Assembly: GCA_050253075.1 (NCBI GenBank)
Contig: JBFWJS010000006.1
Location: 32,001-96,000, forward strand
From: Deferribacterales bacterium
GTDB lineage: Bacteria > Chrysiogenota > Deferribacteres > Deferribacterales > Geovibrionaceae
Reading direction: 5' to 3'
DNA length: 64,000 nucleotides
The notes below the pieces were generated by a model that ran no database searches, had not been told where the DNA came from, and saw nothing but the letters and a program-made list of their open reading frames with translations. Both the position numbers and the translations under genes were made by a program. Positions within the stretch are counted from its first letter, which is position 1. Each line of letters starts with the position of its first letter. Shown here in pieces: positions 29,361-38,896 of the stretch.

Positions 29361-29448
29361 GTCACTCTGAGGCTTTTTTAAAAGCCGTGGGAGTCTCAGA
29401 CCTTCGCCCGAGATGCTCACGTCAGAGTAAGCTCTTCCTCAGCATGAC
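29361..29448. repeat. Inverted pair of GTCA...TCT palindromic elements
   Basis: GTCACTCTGAGGCTTTTTTAAAAGCCGTGGGAGTCT (+, 29361-29396) and GTCATGCTGAGGAAGAGCTTACTCTGACGTGAGCATCT (-, 29411-29448). Confidence 0.7.
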
Positions 29449-29505
29449 ATTTGTCATTTTGGGAGTTTGCATACTACAGCCAATAGATTCTATGGTCAAT
29501 GAAAT

Positions 29506-29531
29506 AAAAAAGGGGCTCAGATGAGCCCCTT
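29506..29531 (-). terminator. Intrinsic terminator of pnp
   Basis: Minus strand AAGGGGCT-CATCTG-AGCCCC followed by T6. Confidence 0.85.
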
Positions 29532-29537
29532 GATATG

Positions 29538-31676
29538 TTATTCGCCTTGCTCGGCGTCTTCTTCTTTCTTAGGTTTTTCGAGGAGAACCTTTCTGGAAAG
29601 TTTGAATCTTCCGTTAGGGTCTTTACCAACGACTTTAACCTGAACTTTATCACCGATTTCGAGGAAATCAGCGATAGAGTTGATGCGCTCGTGGCTGTAC
29701 TGGGAAACGTGAAGGAGTGCTTCATGCCCTGGGATAAGCTCAACGAATGCGCCGTATTCCATCATCTTCTTAACAGTAGCGTCATAGACTTTACCGTCTT
29801 CGACTTCTGCTACGATCTCGTTAACTCTGCCGACAGCTATATCTATAGCGGCTTTATCAGCGGCGAAGATGTTCACTGTACCTGTATCGTCGATGTCGAT
29901 AGCAGCACCGGATTCTTCGATGATAGATTTGATCATCTTACCTCCAGGCCCGATAACCATACCGATCTTCTCTGGGTTGATCTTAAGTGTAACGTATCTA
30001 GGCGCTGTAGGAGCAAGCTCTTCATTAGGAGCAGGAAGGTGATCTGTCATCTTGCCGAGGATGTAAAGACGTGATTCTTTAGCCTGGCCGAGAGCCGCCT
30101 CAAGGAGCTCTTTTGAAAGACCTTCGATCTTGATGTCCATCTGAAGTGCTGTGATACCGTCTTTAGTACCTGTTACTTTGAAGTCCATATCGCCGAGGTG
30201 GTCTTCTGTTCCGAGGATATCGGAAAGAACTGCATATCTGTCTGCACCTTCGTAGATGAGACCCATAGCAACACCTGCAACAGGAGCTTTAATTGGTACA
30301 CCGGCATCCATCATCGCAAGACATCCGCCGCATACAGTAGCCATAGAGGAAGAACCGTTAGACTCGAGGATCTCGGAAACGATTCTGATTGTATACGGGA
30401 AGTCCTCCTCAGCAGGAAGTACCTGTGCAAGAGCACGCTCAGCAAGCGCACCGTGACCGATCTCACGACGTCCCGGTCCTCTGAGGAAACCAACCTCGCC
30501 CACACAGAATGGAGGGAAGTTGTAGTGAAGCATAAAACGCTTCTTGCCGTCGCCGTAGATAGTGTCGAGTATCTGTGTATCAGTCTTAGTACCGAGAGTA
30601 GCTGTCACGATACCCTGTGTCTCTCCACGTGTGAAGAGGGATGAACCGTGAGCCATAGGCAGAAGCCTTGTCTCGATATCGATATCACGGATGTCTGTGT
30701 ATGAACGTCCGTCGATACGTGTTTTGCTGTCTATTGTGAAATCTCTGAAGACCTGCTTCTCAACTTCGTGGTAAACATCTTTGTAAAGAGATTCGTCGAA
30801 GTTTTCCTCGCCGAGTTTCTCTTTCATAGTTTCGATAAATTCCTCGCCTATCTTGTCAAGTGCTTCGTACTTTTCAAGTTTAGCAGGGATAACGAGGGCT
30901 TCTTTCAGCTTTTCAGAAAGCATAGCAGTAGCGTCTGCTACGAGTTCTTTAGCTACGGAGAAGCTTGTATACTCGAATTTATCTTTACCGAGTTTTTCAA
31001 CCATCTCTTTCTGCTTGGCGATGAGCTTTTTGATGTTCTCATGACCGAACTGAAGAGCTTCGATGACCTCAGCCTCAGGGACATTGTCCATTCCGGCCTC
31101 AACCATAACGATAGCATCTTCTGTACCGCAGAGGATGATGTTCATATCCAGTTCATCAGTCTTGTCAGCCGGAGGGTTTGCGATAAGCTCGCCATTGAGG
31201 CGGCCGACACGAACACCTGCGACAGGTCCGTTGAACGGGATATCGGATATCATAAGTGCAGCGGAAGCACCGTTCATGGCAAGCATGTCCGGTGAGTTAA
31301 CACCGTCGAATGACATAACTGTAGCGATGATCTGAACCTCGTTTCTGAACCCGTCAGGGAACATAGGACGAAGCGGTCTGTCGATAAGACGTGATGTCAG
31401 AGTCTCGTTATCAGTAGGCTTTGCTTCTCTTTTGAAGAAACCGCCGGGGATCTTACCTGCTGCATAAAATTTCTCAACGTAGTTAACAGTGAGTGGGAAG
31501 AATCCCTGATTCTCACTGGCAGTCTTTCTGCCTGTAGCTGTAACGAGTACAACTGTACCACCCTGTTTCATCCAGATGCTGCCGTTGGCCTGCTTGGCCT
31601 TCCAGCCGGTTTCGAAGATCATCTCATCGGAACCTTCCTGCAGAGTGATAGGAAATTCGTAGATATTTTTTTCCAT
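29538..31676 (-). CDS. pnp: Polyribonucleotide nucleotidyltransferase
   Basis: RLIDRPLRP, GRREIGHG, ESNGSSSMA, DHLGDMDFK, KH and S1 domains. Confidence 0.97.
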   Translation of the reverse strand: MEKNIYEFPITLQEGSDEMIFETGWKAKQANGSIWMKQGGTVVLVTATGRKTASENQGFFPLTVNYVEKFYAAGKIPGGFFKREAKPTDNETLTSRLIDRPLRPMFPDGFRNEVQIIATVMSFDGVNSPDMLAMNGASAALMISDIPFNGPVAGVRVGRLNGELIANPPADKTDELDMNIILCGTEDAIVMVEAGMDNVPEAEVIEALQFGHENIKKLIAKQKEMVEKLGKDKFEYTSFSVAKELVADATAMLSEKLKEALVIPAKLEKYEALDKIGEEFIETMKEKLGEENFDESLYKDVYHEVEKQVFRDFTIDSKTRIDGRSYTDIRDIDIETRLLPMAHGSSLFTRGETQGIVTATLGTKTDTQILDTIYGDGKKRFMLHYNFPPFCVGEVGFLRGPGRREIGHGALAERALAQVLPAEEDFPYTIRIVSEILESNGSSSMATVCGGCLAMMDAGVPIKAPVAGVAMGLIYEGADRYAVLSDILGTEDHLGDMDFKVTGTKDGITALQMDIKIEGLSKELLEAALGQAKESRLYILGKMTDHLPAPNEELAPTAPRYVTLKINPEKIGMVIGPGGKMIKSIIEESGAAIDIDDTGTVNIFAADKAAIDIAVGRVNEIVAEVEDGKVYDATVKKMMEYGAFVELIPGHEALLHVSQYSHERINSIADFLEIGDKVQVKVVGKDPNGRFKLSRKVLLEKPKKEEDAEQGE

Positions 31677-31684
31677 CGTTTAAA

Positions 31685-31954
31685 TTACTTCCTTATGCCG
31701 AGTGCATCGATAAGCTTCTTATATCTCATGTAGTCTTTCTTCTTAACGTAATCAAGAAGCTTTCTTCTCTGGCTAACAAGAAGGAGAAGACCACGTCTTG
31801 AGTGGTGATCCTTTGGATTAGCTTTGAAGTGGTCTGTGAGGTAGTTTATTCTCTCGGAAAGAAGTGCAACCTGTACCTCAGGAGAACCTGTATCAGACTC
31901 GTGTGTTTTGTGAGTCGAGATGATCTCCTCTTTGCGTTCTTTTGTCATTACCAT
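31685..31954 (-). CDS. rpsO: 30S ribosomal protein S15
   Basis: [21 protein letters not shown]. Confidence 0.97.
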   Translation of the reverse strand: MVMTKERKEEIISTHKTHESDTGSPEVQVALLSERINYLTDHFKANPKDHHSRRGLLLLVSQRRKLLDYVKKKDYMRYKKLIDALGIRK

Positions 31955-31993
31955 GTGTTTCCTCCTGGTATTCTTTAAAATTTATTTTTTTAA

Positions 31994-32045
31994 GTTGTCG
32001 GACAATTATGCACAAATCTTCGATCCGTGCTTTGCCATAAACAAC
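31994..32045 (-). promoter_or_regulatory. Candidate structured rpsO leader (possible S15 autoregulation)
   Basis: Nested stem GTTGT/ACAAC, GGCAA/TTGTC, GCACGGATC-GAA-GATTTGTGC; no U tract. Confidence 0.4.
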
Positions 32046-32071
32046 CCATAATCGCCGATTTAACCGTTTTA

Positions 32072-32128
32072 GTCATTCTGAATGAAATGAAGAATCTGTG
32101 TATAGATCCTTCGCAGACTCAGGATGAC
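32072..32128. repeat. Inverted pair of GTCA...TCT palindromic elements
   Basis: GTCATTCTGAATGAAATGAAGAATCT (+, 32072-32097) and GTCATCCTGAGTCTGCGAAGGATCT (-, 32104-32128). Confidence 0.75.
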
Positions 32129-32149
32129 AAACGCTGTAAAACTGCCTTA

Positions 32150-33043
32150 TCAGTTGAGCAGTTTCACTATCTTAAGGGGTGATGTACTCCCCTGCATATA
32201 TTCTGCAAATGCGAGCAGTTCACCGTCGGGAGCAGACATAAAATACATCTTATGCTGTCCGTCGGGCAGTTTTATATAATTGTGGCTCTTAATAGAGACA
32301 CCGTTCTTCACAAGTCTCACAGCGTCGGGGTGCACCTTTGCTATCCCCCAGCCTGTCGCCTCGGTCACAGATGTGAATGCGCTCTCAAGCTCGCCCTTCT
32401 CTTTCAGCTCTTCCAGCTGAGAGAGCTTATAGGCTTTTGTCTGGTCGAAAGCACCGCTGACGGTACGTATCAGCCCGCTCATAACACCGTATGTGCCGAG
32501 CATAAGCCCAGCCTCGTGTATAACGCTGCGGACGTATGTGCCCTTATAGCAGCCCATGCGAAACATCCCCTGCGGATACTCATAGCTCATCAGGGTTATT
32601 TCGTTTATCTTCATGGTGCGCTTGCCTGCGTCCTCTATCTCCCCTTTGCGTGCGAGTTCATATGCGCGCTTGCCGTTTATCTTAACGGCGGAGTATGCAG
32701 GGATGATGAGCTCGGGCTCACCGACAAAGCTCTTCAGGGTCTTTTCTACATCTTCGAAGCTCGGCTTTATATCGTCATTTCTCTCAAGAACATTACCCGT
32801 GGTGTCAAAGCTGTCTGTGCTGTAGCCCAGCTCAAACTGTGCGACGTACTCCTTGTCAGAGGCCATCATATAGTCCACCAGCTTTGTGGCATAACCCACA
32901 CAAACAGGCAAAACGCCCTCTGCCATAGGGTCGAGAGTGCCGAGGTGACCGCATTTTTTAATGCCTGTTATCCTGCGCACAGCCCTGACCACGTCAAAGG
33001 ATGTCTGGTCTTTCTCTTTGTAAATGTTTAATACGCCATTCAT
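32150..33043 (-). CDS. truB: tRNA pseudouridine(55) synthase
   Basis: GHLGTLDP.AEGVL, YSAVKING.RAYELAR, KGTYVRS. Confidence 0.95.
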   Translation of the reverse strand: MNGVLNIYKEKDQTSFDVVRAVRRITGIKKCGHLGTLDPMAEGVLPVCVGYATKLVDYMMASDKEYVAQFELGYSTDSFDTTGNVLERNDDIKPSFEDVEKTLKSFVGEPELIIPAYSAVKINGKRAYELARKGEIEDAGKRTMKINEITLMSYEYPQGMFRMGCYKGTYVRSVIHEAGLMLGTYGVMSGLIRTVSGAFDQTKAYKLSQLEELKEKGELESAFTSVTEATGWGIAKVHPDAVRLVKNGVSIKSHNYIKLPDGQHKMYFMSAPDGELLAFAEYMQGSTSPLKIVKLLN

Positions 33044-33378
33044 TACTGCTCAGTATTGATATCTTTCAAAAGTGTATCAATCTTCTGACCGTAATCTCCT
33101 GAATCGTCATAGATAAAGCGGAGGGTCGGCACTTTTTTCAGCCTGAGACCTTTAAGTATGCAGTGTCTGATGAACCCTGCAGACCTGTTCAAGCCTTTTT
33201 CAATGCCGTCTTTAGCACTTTTGTTATAAGTGCTGAAATAGACTTTTGCTATTGAGAGATCCTTTGTAACATCAAGCTTTGTTATAACAACATCCTTGAT
33301 CTTCGGGTCGTTAATTTCTTTGATAATAACGTCCATTATTTCAGAGCGTAAAAGCTCTCCTACTCTTTTGTCTCTCAA
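33043..33378 (-). CDS. rbfA: Ribosome-binding factor A
   Basis: DP, V.KDLS.AKVY, GFIR, VP.LRF..D; TTG start; lies between infB and truB. Confidence 0.92.
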   Translation of the reverse strand: MRDKRVGELLRSEIMDVIIKEINDPKIKDVVITKLDVTKDLSIAKVYFSTYNKSAKDGIEKGLNRSAGFIRHCILKGLRLKKVPTLRFIYDDSGDYGQKIDTLLKDINTEQ

Positions 33379-33494
33379 GCTGCAAAATCTCCTATTCTAT
33401 GCCGGAGGCACAGCAACGCACAGGCGTGCGAAACCATTACCACGGTCAGTGTTTAATTTATATACTCATTATATCCGAAAAAGCAAGCCGGAAA

Positions 33495-36400
33495 TTACTC
33501 TCCGGCGTTAGCAGCTTCTTCTCTTTCTCTCTTTTCAGCGTCCTTACGAACGTCTTCGAGTGTACGCTTCTCTTCTACCATGATGTAGAATTCGAAGTTA
33601 TCGCCTTCTTTAAGGTCGTTGTATTTATCAATACCTATACCACACTCGTATCCATGTGCCACTTCTTTGGCATCGTCTGTGAAACGTTTAAGGGATGAGA
33701 GCATACCGTCGTATACAACGATGGAATCTCTGATCACTCTTACGTGTGCATTTCTCTGAACCTTACCGTCTGTGACGTAAGAACCGGCGATCTTACCGAT
33801 CTTAGGCACGGAGAAGACCTGACGAACTTCCGCACGTCCGATAACTTCCTCACGCTCGGATGGGTCGAGGAGACCTTCCATAGCCTGTTTCACATCATCT
33901 ATCGCCTGATAGATTACGGAGTAAAGGTTAAGCTCGATGCCTTCCTGCTCGGCTTTAACACGTGCAGGTGCTCCGGGGCGAACGTTGAAGCCTATCACAA
34001 CTGCGTTTGAAGCAGATGCAAGGATAACGTCGTTTTCGGAGATACCGCCCACACCGCTGGAGATGATGTTTATCTTCACCTCCGGGTTGGAAAGTTTTAT
34101 AAGGGAGGATTTCAGAGCCTCAAGAGAACCCTGTACGTCTGCCTTAAGAACGATATTAAGTTCTTTCAGCTCGCCTTCCTTGATTTTATTGAAAAGATCC
34201 GCAAGACTGACCGCTGATTTCTCAGCAAGGTTTTTCTTACGTGCTTCGTCACTTCTAAGTTCTGCTACCTGACGTGCTGTTTTCTCATCAGGAGTAACGA
34301 CAAATCTGTCACCAGACTGAGGCACGCCGGAGAATCCCATTATCTCAACAGGAACAGAAAGCCCTGCTTCTTTAATGGATGCGCCTTTATAGTTAAACAT
34401 AGCTCTAACTTTACCGTATTCTGTACCGACTACGAAGTTATCGCCTTTATTCAGTGTACCTCTGCTGATGAGAACAGTAGCAACGGCACCCTTCTGCTTA
34501 TCCAGCTTGGATTCGATAACGATACCCTCGGCAAGAGCCTGAGGATTACCCTGCAGTTCGAGAAGCTCAGCTTCAAGGAGGACTCTCTCAAGGAGGTCTT
34601 CGATATGCAGGTTAGCCTTCGCAGATATCTCCTGGAACTGATAGTCACCGCCCCAGTCCTCGGATATAACTCCGTGTTCTGCGAGCTGGTTACGTACCAT
34701 ATCAGGGTTTGCGTTCTCTTTATCTATCTTGTTGATAGCGACGATCAGCTTAACGCCTGCGGCTTTAGCATGGTCTATCGCTTCTTTTGTCTGAGGCATA
34801 ACACCGTCGTCCGCAGCAACCACAAGGATTACAACGTCGGTAACGGATGCACCGCGCGCACGGAGTGTTGTGAACGCTTCGTGTCCGGGTGTATCAAGGA
34901 ATGTGATAGTTCCTTTATCCATCTTCACTTCGTAAGCACCGATGTGCTGTGTGATACCGCCCGCTTCGCCTTCAGCCACGGCTGTGCTTCTGATACGGTC
35001 AAGGAGGGATGTTTTACCGTGGTCAACGTGTCCCATAACAGTAACGATCGGCGGTCTCGGTACGAGGTCTTCAGGCTTGTCGTCGTGAGTAGGGATAAGG
35101 TCGTCCTCTGTGAGGAATTTAACCTTAACCTCTATGCCGTATTCCTCGCCGAGGAGTGTGGCTGTATCCGGGTCGATAGCCTGGTTTATACTTGCCATAA
35201 CGCCGAGCAGCATGAGCTTTTTAACGAGCTCTGTAGCCTTCACACCCATAAGTTTCGCAAGCTCGGAAACGACGATGTTCTCACCGACTGTTACGCTTGC
35301 AGGTCTTATGATAACCGGTTCGGGCTTTTCTTCTCTGCGTTTGCCTTTTTGTCTTTTCTGTTTTCTTCTGTTGTCCTGCTGAGGTTTTTTCTCTACAACT
35401 TTCTCTTCAACCTCTTCCGGAACTTCTTTATATTCAGCAGCTACATCTGTGTTTGACTCAAGTATCTGTCTTTCCAGTTCGAAAAGTTCTATCCCCTCGT
35501 CAAGACCCTTATGGATGTTCTTCTCTTTTTTAACTACAGGGGTTTTGACCTTTTTGGTCTCTACCGGAGCTGCTTTCGGTTTATCTTTGAGAATCTTTTT
35601 CTTTTCCAGAGCCAGTGCGCCTGTGTCGTCCACTCCCGGTTTTGGTCTAGGAGCGCCGCCCTGTGGTCCTCTATACGGAGGTCTGTCACCCTGCGGACGG
35701 TTATTATCTCTGTTGTACGGAGGTCTGTCACCCTGCGGACGGTTATCTCTGTTATACGGAGGTCTGTCGCCCTGAGGACGGTTGTCTCTGTTATACGGAG
35801 GTCTATCGCCCTGTGGACGGTTATTGTCTCTGTTATACGGAGGCCTATCGCCCTGTGGACGGTTATTATCTCTGTTGTACGGAGGTCTGTCGCCCTGCGG
35901 ACGGTTGTTGTCTCTGTTGTACTGAGGTCTGTCCCCCTGCGGACGGTTGTTGTCTCTGTTGTACTGAGGTCTGTCGCCCTGCGGACGGTTATTATCTCTG
36001 TTGTACTGAGGTCTGTCCCCCTGCTGGCGGTTGTCTCTGTTATTATCTCTGTTGTACTGAGGTCTGTCGCCTTGCTGGCGGTTATCTCTGTTATTGTCAC
36101 GGTTATACTGAGGTCTGTCGCCCTGCTGACGGTTATCGTTCTGCTGGGGCTGTTCACGTCTCTCAGGTCTCTCAGGTCTTTCGGCAGGAGCTTCTTTTTT
36201 AGGCTCTTCTGCTTTTACCTCTGGTGTAGGTTTCGGAGCTTCTTCTGCTTTCGGAGCAGCCTGAACCGGTGTTTCCACGGCTGGTTGTGGAGTTTCGGTT
36301 ACCTGCTCGTCCTTCATTTCTTCTCTGTGCTCGTCAACTTTGCGTATTGTTTTTTCAAGCTTCTTTTTTCTGTCCATGAGTTCCTGCTTGGATATCTTCT

Positions 36401-36665
36401 TAGGAGACGATGTATCCTCTCCTGAGCCCACCTTTACCTCTCTTGATCTAGGATGTCTCTTATGTCTTTCCATAGCTTTCTTCAGCATTTCCTGTCTTCT
36501 ATCGAGACGAAGATGCTTTGGATCTACCCCAAGAGCTTTAACGGCATCATCGCCGACGGTGTTATCGTCAGCAACTTTAAAGCCGCCGTCCTCTATTTTT
36601 TGTTTTACTTCATCTTCGCTGATGCCTGCTTTTTTCGCCACATCAGTTATTTTAATTCCAGCCAT
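33495..36665 (-). CDS. infB: Translation initiation factor IF-2
   Basis: [32 protein letters not shown]; long low-complexity N-terminus. Confidence 0.97.
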   Translation of the reverse strand: MAGIKITDVAKKAGISEDEVKQKIEDGGFKVADDNTVGDDAVKALGVDPKHLRLDRRQEMLKKAMERHKRHPRSREVKVGSGEDTSSPKKISKQELMDRKKKLEKTIRKVDEHREEMKDEQVTETPQPAVETPVQAAPKAEEAPKPTPEVKAEEPKKEAPAERPERPERREQPQQNDNRQQGDRPQYNRDNNRDNRQQGDRPQYNRDNNRDNRQQGDRPQYNRDNNRPQGDRPQYNRDNNRPQGDRPQYNRDNNRPQGDRPPYNRDNNRPQGDRPPYNRDNNRPQGDRPPYNRDNRPQGDRPPYNRDNRPQGDRPPYNRDNNRPQGDRPPYRGPQGGAPRPKPGVDDTGALALEKKKILKDKPKAAPVETKKVKTPVVKKEKNIHKGLDEGIELFELERQILESNTDVAAEYKEVPEEVEEKVVEKKPQQDNRRKQKRQKGKRREEKPEPVIIRPASVTVGENIVVSELAKLMGVKATELVKKLMLLGVMASINQAIDPDTATLLGEEYGIEVKVKFLTEDDLIPTHDDKPEDLVPRPPIVTVMGHVDHGKTSLLDRIRSTAVAEGEAGGITQHIGAYEVKMDKGTITFLDTPGHEAFTTLRARGASVTDVVILVVAADDGVMPQTKEAIDHAKAAGVKLIVAINKIDKENANPDMVRNQLAEHGVISEDWGGDYQFQEISAKANLHIEDLLERVLLEAELLELQGNPQALAEGIVIESKLDKQKGAVATVLISRGTLNKGDNFVVGTEYGKVRAMFNYKGASIKEAGLSVPVEIMGFSGVPQSGDRFVVTPDEKTARQVAELRSDEARKKNLAEKSAVSLADLFNKIKEGELKELNIVLKADVQGSLEALKSSLIKLSNPEVKINIISSGVGGISENDVILASASNAVVIGFNVRPGAPARVKAEQEGIELNLYSVIYQAIDDVKQAMEGLLDPSEREEVIGRAEVRQVFSVPKIGKIAGSYVTDGKVQRNAHVRVIRDSIVVYDGMLSSLKRFTDDAKEVAHGYECGIGIDKYNDLKEGDNFEFYIMVEEKRTLEDVRKDAEKREREEAANAGE
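35674..36140 (-). repeat. Coding tandem repeat in infB, 11 x (P/Q)QGDRP(Q/P)YNRD(N)NR, 39-51 bp units
   Basis: Counted directly in the translation and visible in the DNA. Confidence 0.92.
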
Positions 36666-36670
36666 ATATT

Positions 36671-36913
36671 TCACTCCGTGTTACGGTTGCGCCTGTTCGC
36701 TTTCTGCAGAGACCTTTGCAGTTTATTTTTTTTGATGCCGGTATCTCTGCATTTATCATTCATGCAGACATAGGCTCCACGCCCGTGTCTGATCTGCCTT
36801 TCATCCTTACACACATCATCAGCAAATACAAAGCGTAAAAGCTCTGCCTTGGACTTTTTAGCCCCGCATGAGACACATGTTCTGATGGGAGTTTTGTCTC
36901 CCTTATTCTTCAT
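36671..36913 (-). CDS. ylxR: YlxR/DUF448 RNA-binding protein
   Basis: PIRTCVSC, ELLRFV, GRGAYVC; between nusA and infB. Confidence 0.88.
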   Translation of the reverse strand: MKNKGDKTPIRTCVSCGAKKSKAELLRFVFADDVCKDERQIRHGRGAYVCMNDKCRDTGIKKNKLQRSLQKANRRNRNTE

Positions 36914-38258
36914 CTTCTGTGTCTGGCTCTATCTCCGCTGTTTCATCGTCTTCTTCGCCTGCGTCATCATCGAGTTCATCGAATTTGTTAGCGAGGTAGT
37001 CAAGCGCCATGTTGATAACAGAAACTGCTTCATCATCGTCGCACTCGAGAACTTCTGCCACTTCTTCAAAGCTGGCGTTAGAAAGTTTTTCTATATCGTC
37101 GTAACCGGCTCCTATAAGCCCGTTTTTAATATCTTCTGTAAGTCCGTCGAGGTTATCAAGGTTATACATTTCGTAGAAATCTTTGAGCTCCTGCTCCTGA
37201 TCCTGCATACGCTCTTTTCTGATCTCTGCGTATTCAGATTCTTTAAGTACGTCGAGTCTCCACTCTGTGAGCTTCGCAGCGAGACGTACGTTCTGGCCTT
37301 TTTTACCGATAGCCAGTGAAAGCTGATCATCAGGAACAACGATCTCGATAGTCTCTTCATCTTCGAAAATGTTTGTAAGGACAACCTCTGCAGGAGAGAT
37401 AGCATTACATACAAATTTGATAGAGTCGGGTGACCATTCGATAACGTCTATCTTTTCACCGCGCAGTTCGTTACTGATGGCGTTAATACGCACACCTTTA
37501 AGACCGATACATGCGCCCACGGGGTCGATGCTGCTGTTTGTTGTATAAACGGCAACTTTCGCTCTGTCACCGGGCTCACGGGAAACAGCTTTAACATCGA
37601 TGATACCTTCGAATACCTCAGGGATCTCTGTTTCAAAGAGTTTTCTCATGAACTCAGGGTGTGTTCTGGAAAGTATAAGCTGTGGCCAGCCTTTTACAAT
37701 TCTTATATCGAGAAGGAGCGCTCTAACATAGTCGCCTCTGTTAAAGAAATCTCCTCCGATCATCTCACGCTTAGGCAGGACAGCTTCTGTCTTACCGATG
37801 TTAACGATGAGGTTGTCTCTGTCTGTCTTAAGTACGACACCGTTGACGATCTCGCCGATCTTATCCTGAAACTGATCAAGAACGACCTGCTTCTCAGCGT
37901 CACGGAGTTTTTCAAAAAGTTTCTGCTTTGCAACGAGCGCTGCCTGACGGCCGAGCTCTTCGAGAGTAGTAGGAACCATGATAACGTCGCCGAGCTGTGG
38001 GTTTTCTTTGAACTCGTCAGCGTCATCGATGAATATCTCTGTCCATTTATCGTCAACACCCTCGCAGACCTCTTTAGGAAGAAGGATCTCGATAGTACCT
38101 TTATCGATATCAACAAATACATCAGGCTCAAGGAGTTTGCCGATCTTTCTTGCAACAGCAGCAAGTATGGCCTCTTCCAGTGCTTCCTGCAGAAGCTCTC
38201 TGGCTATGCCTTTCTCTCTGCCTATTTCGTCGACAACTTTTGTAAGTTCCTTGCTCAT
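36903..38258 (-). CDS. nusA: Transcription termination/antitermination factor NusA
   Basis: S1 and KH domains (SREPGDRAKVAV, AIGKKGQNVRLA); acidic C-terminus. Confidence 0.96.
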   Translation of the reverse strand: MSKELTKVVDEIGREKGIARELLQEALEEAILAAVARKIGKLLEPDVFVDIDKGTIEILLPKEVCEGVDDKWTEIFIDDADEFKENPQLGDVIMVPTTLEELGRQAALVAKQKLFEKLRDAEKQVVLDQFQDKIGEIVNGVVLKTDRDNLIVNIGKTEAVLPKREMIGGDFFNRGDYVRALLLDIRIVKGWPQLILSRTHPEFMRKLFETEIPEVFEGIIDVKAVSREPGDRAKVAVYTTNSSIDPVGACIGLKGVRINAISNELRGEKIDVIEWSPDSIKFVCNAISPAEVVLTNIFEDEETIEIVVPDDQLSLAIGKKGQNVRLAAKLTEWRLDVLKESEYAEIRKERMQDQEQELKDFYEMYNLDNLDGLTEDIKNGLIGAGYDDIEKLSNASFEEVAEVLECDDDEAVSVINMALDYLANKFDELDDDAGEEDDETAEIEPDTEDEE

Positions 38259-38323
38259 TTCTCCTCCATGACAGAGAGCCGCCGCTCCCTGCGGATATAT
38301 ATATTATTATTAATTTTAAACAC

Positions 38324-38349
38324 AAAAAAAGTGGGCGCAATGCCCACTT
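38324..38349 (-). terminator. Terminator/attenuator hairpin upstream of nusA (rimP-leader-like)
   Basis: Minus strand AAGTGGGC-ATTGC-GCCCAC followed by T7. Confidence 0.75.
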
Positions 38350-38410
38350 CGTTTATATAGGTATCACAATAGTTCATATTTAGCAAGGTCTAATTTTAGC
38401 CAACCTTTAC

Positions 38411-38896
38411 CTATTCAAATTCTATCACGAGATTTGCCTTTGACACGTTATCCAAAGCGATATCAAAGGAGGTGCTCTCCTTTTCCACGTAAAGGGTGAC
38501 TTTACCTTCACCGCAAGATGCGATGTCTCCGGTATAGTTTTTACGTCCGGATGCGTCTTTATCCACGGTGATAATTTTACATTTTTTCCCGATAAACCTG
38601 ACAAAGTCCTTCTCAGTGCGGAGCGGACGCTCCAGCCCCGGTGTGGAAACCTCGAGCTGGTACTTATCAAAAGGTATCATGCTTTCGTCGCTGTCCAGAT
38701 ATGCAGATATGGCCTTGCTGGCTTCGGTGCAGTCTTCTATGCCTGCGCCCTCTTCTTTATCCACCGTGATGCGCAGTATCTTTCCGCTGCGCTCGCTGCG
38801 GAGTGTTATGTCGAAAAGCTCCATCCCTTTTTCTGCGAGGAGCTTCATTATTTCAGGTTTGATTTTGTTTACTATAAATTTGTTCGAGTTATTCAT
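38411..38896 (-). CDS. rimP: Ribosome maturation factor RimP
   Basis: IEDC..S..IS..LD, Y.LEVSTPGLERPL. Confidence 0.95.
   Translation of the reverse strand: MNNSNKFIVNKIKPEIMKLLAEKGMELFDITLRSERSGKILRITVDKEEGAGIEDCTEASKAISAYLDSDESMIPFDKYQLEVSTPGLERPLRTEKDFVRFIGKKCKIITVDKDASGRKNYTGDIASCGEGKVTLYVEKESTSFDIALDNVSKANLVIEFE

Noticed and set aside
32000..32045. GGCAAA...GAA hairpin resembling a c-di-GMP-I riboswitch
   Set aside because: It lacks the GAAA tetraloop/receptor pairing and the second GCAAAG-led stem; the rpsO context favours an S15 leader.
35511..36425. Periodic repeat that could be mistaken for a CRISPR array, and Cys-rich repeat ORFs (35663-36202, 35511-36425, 35561-36157)
   Set aside because: The units are contiguous with no unique spacers, there are no cas genes, and the repeat is in frame within infB; the other ORFs are shadow frames of the repeat.
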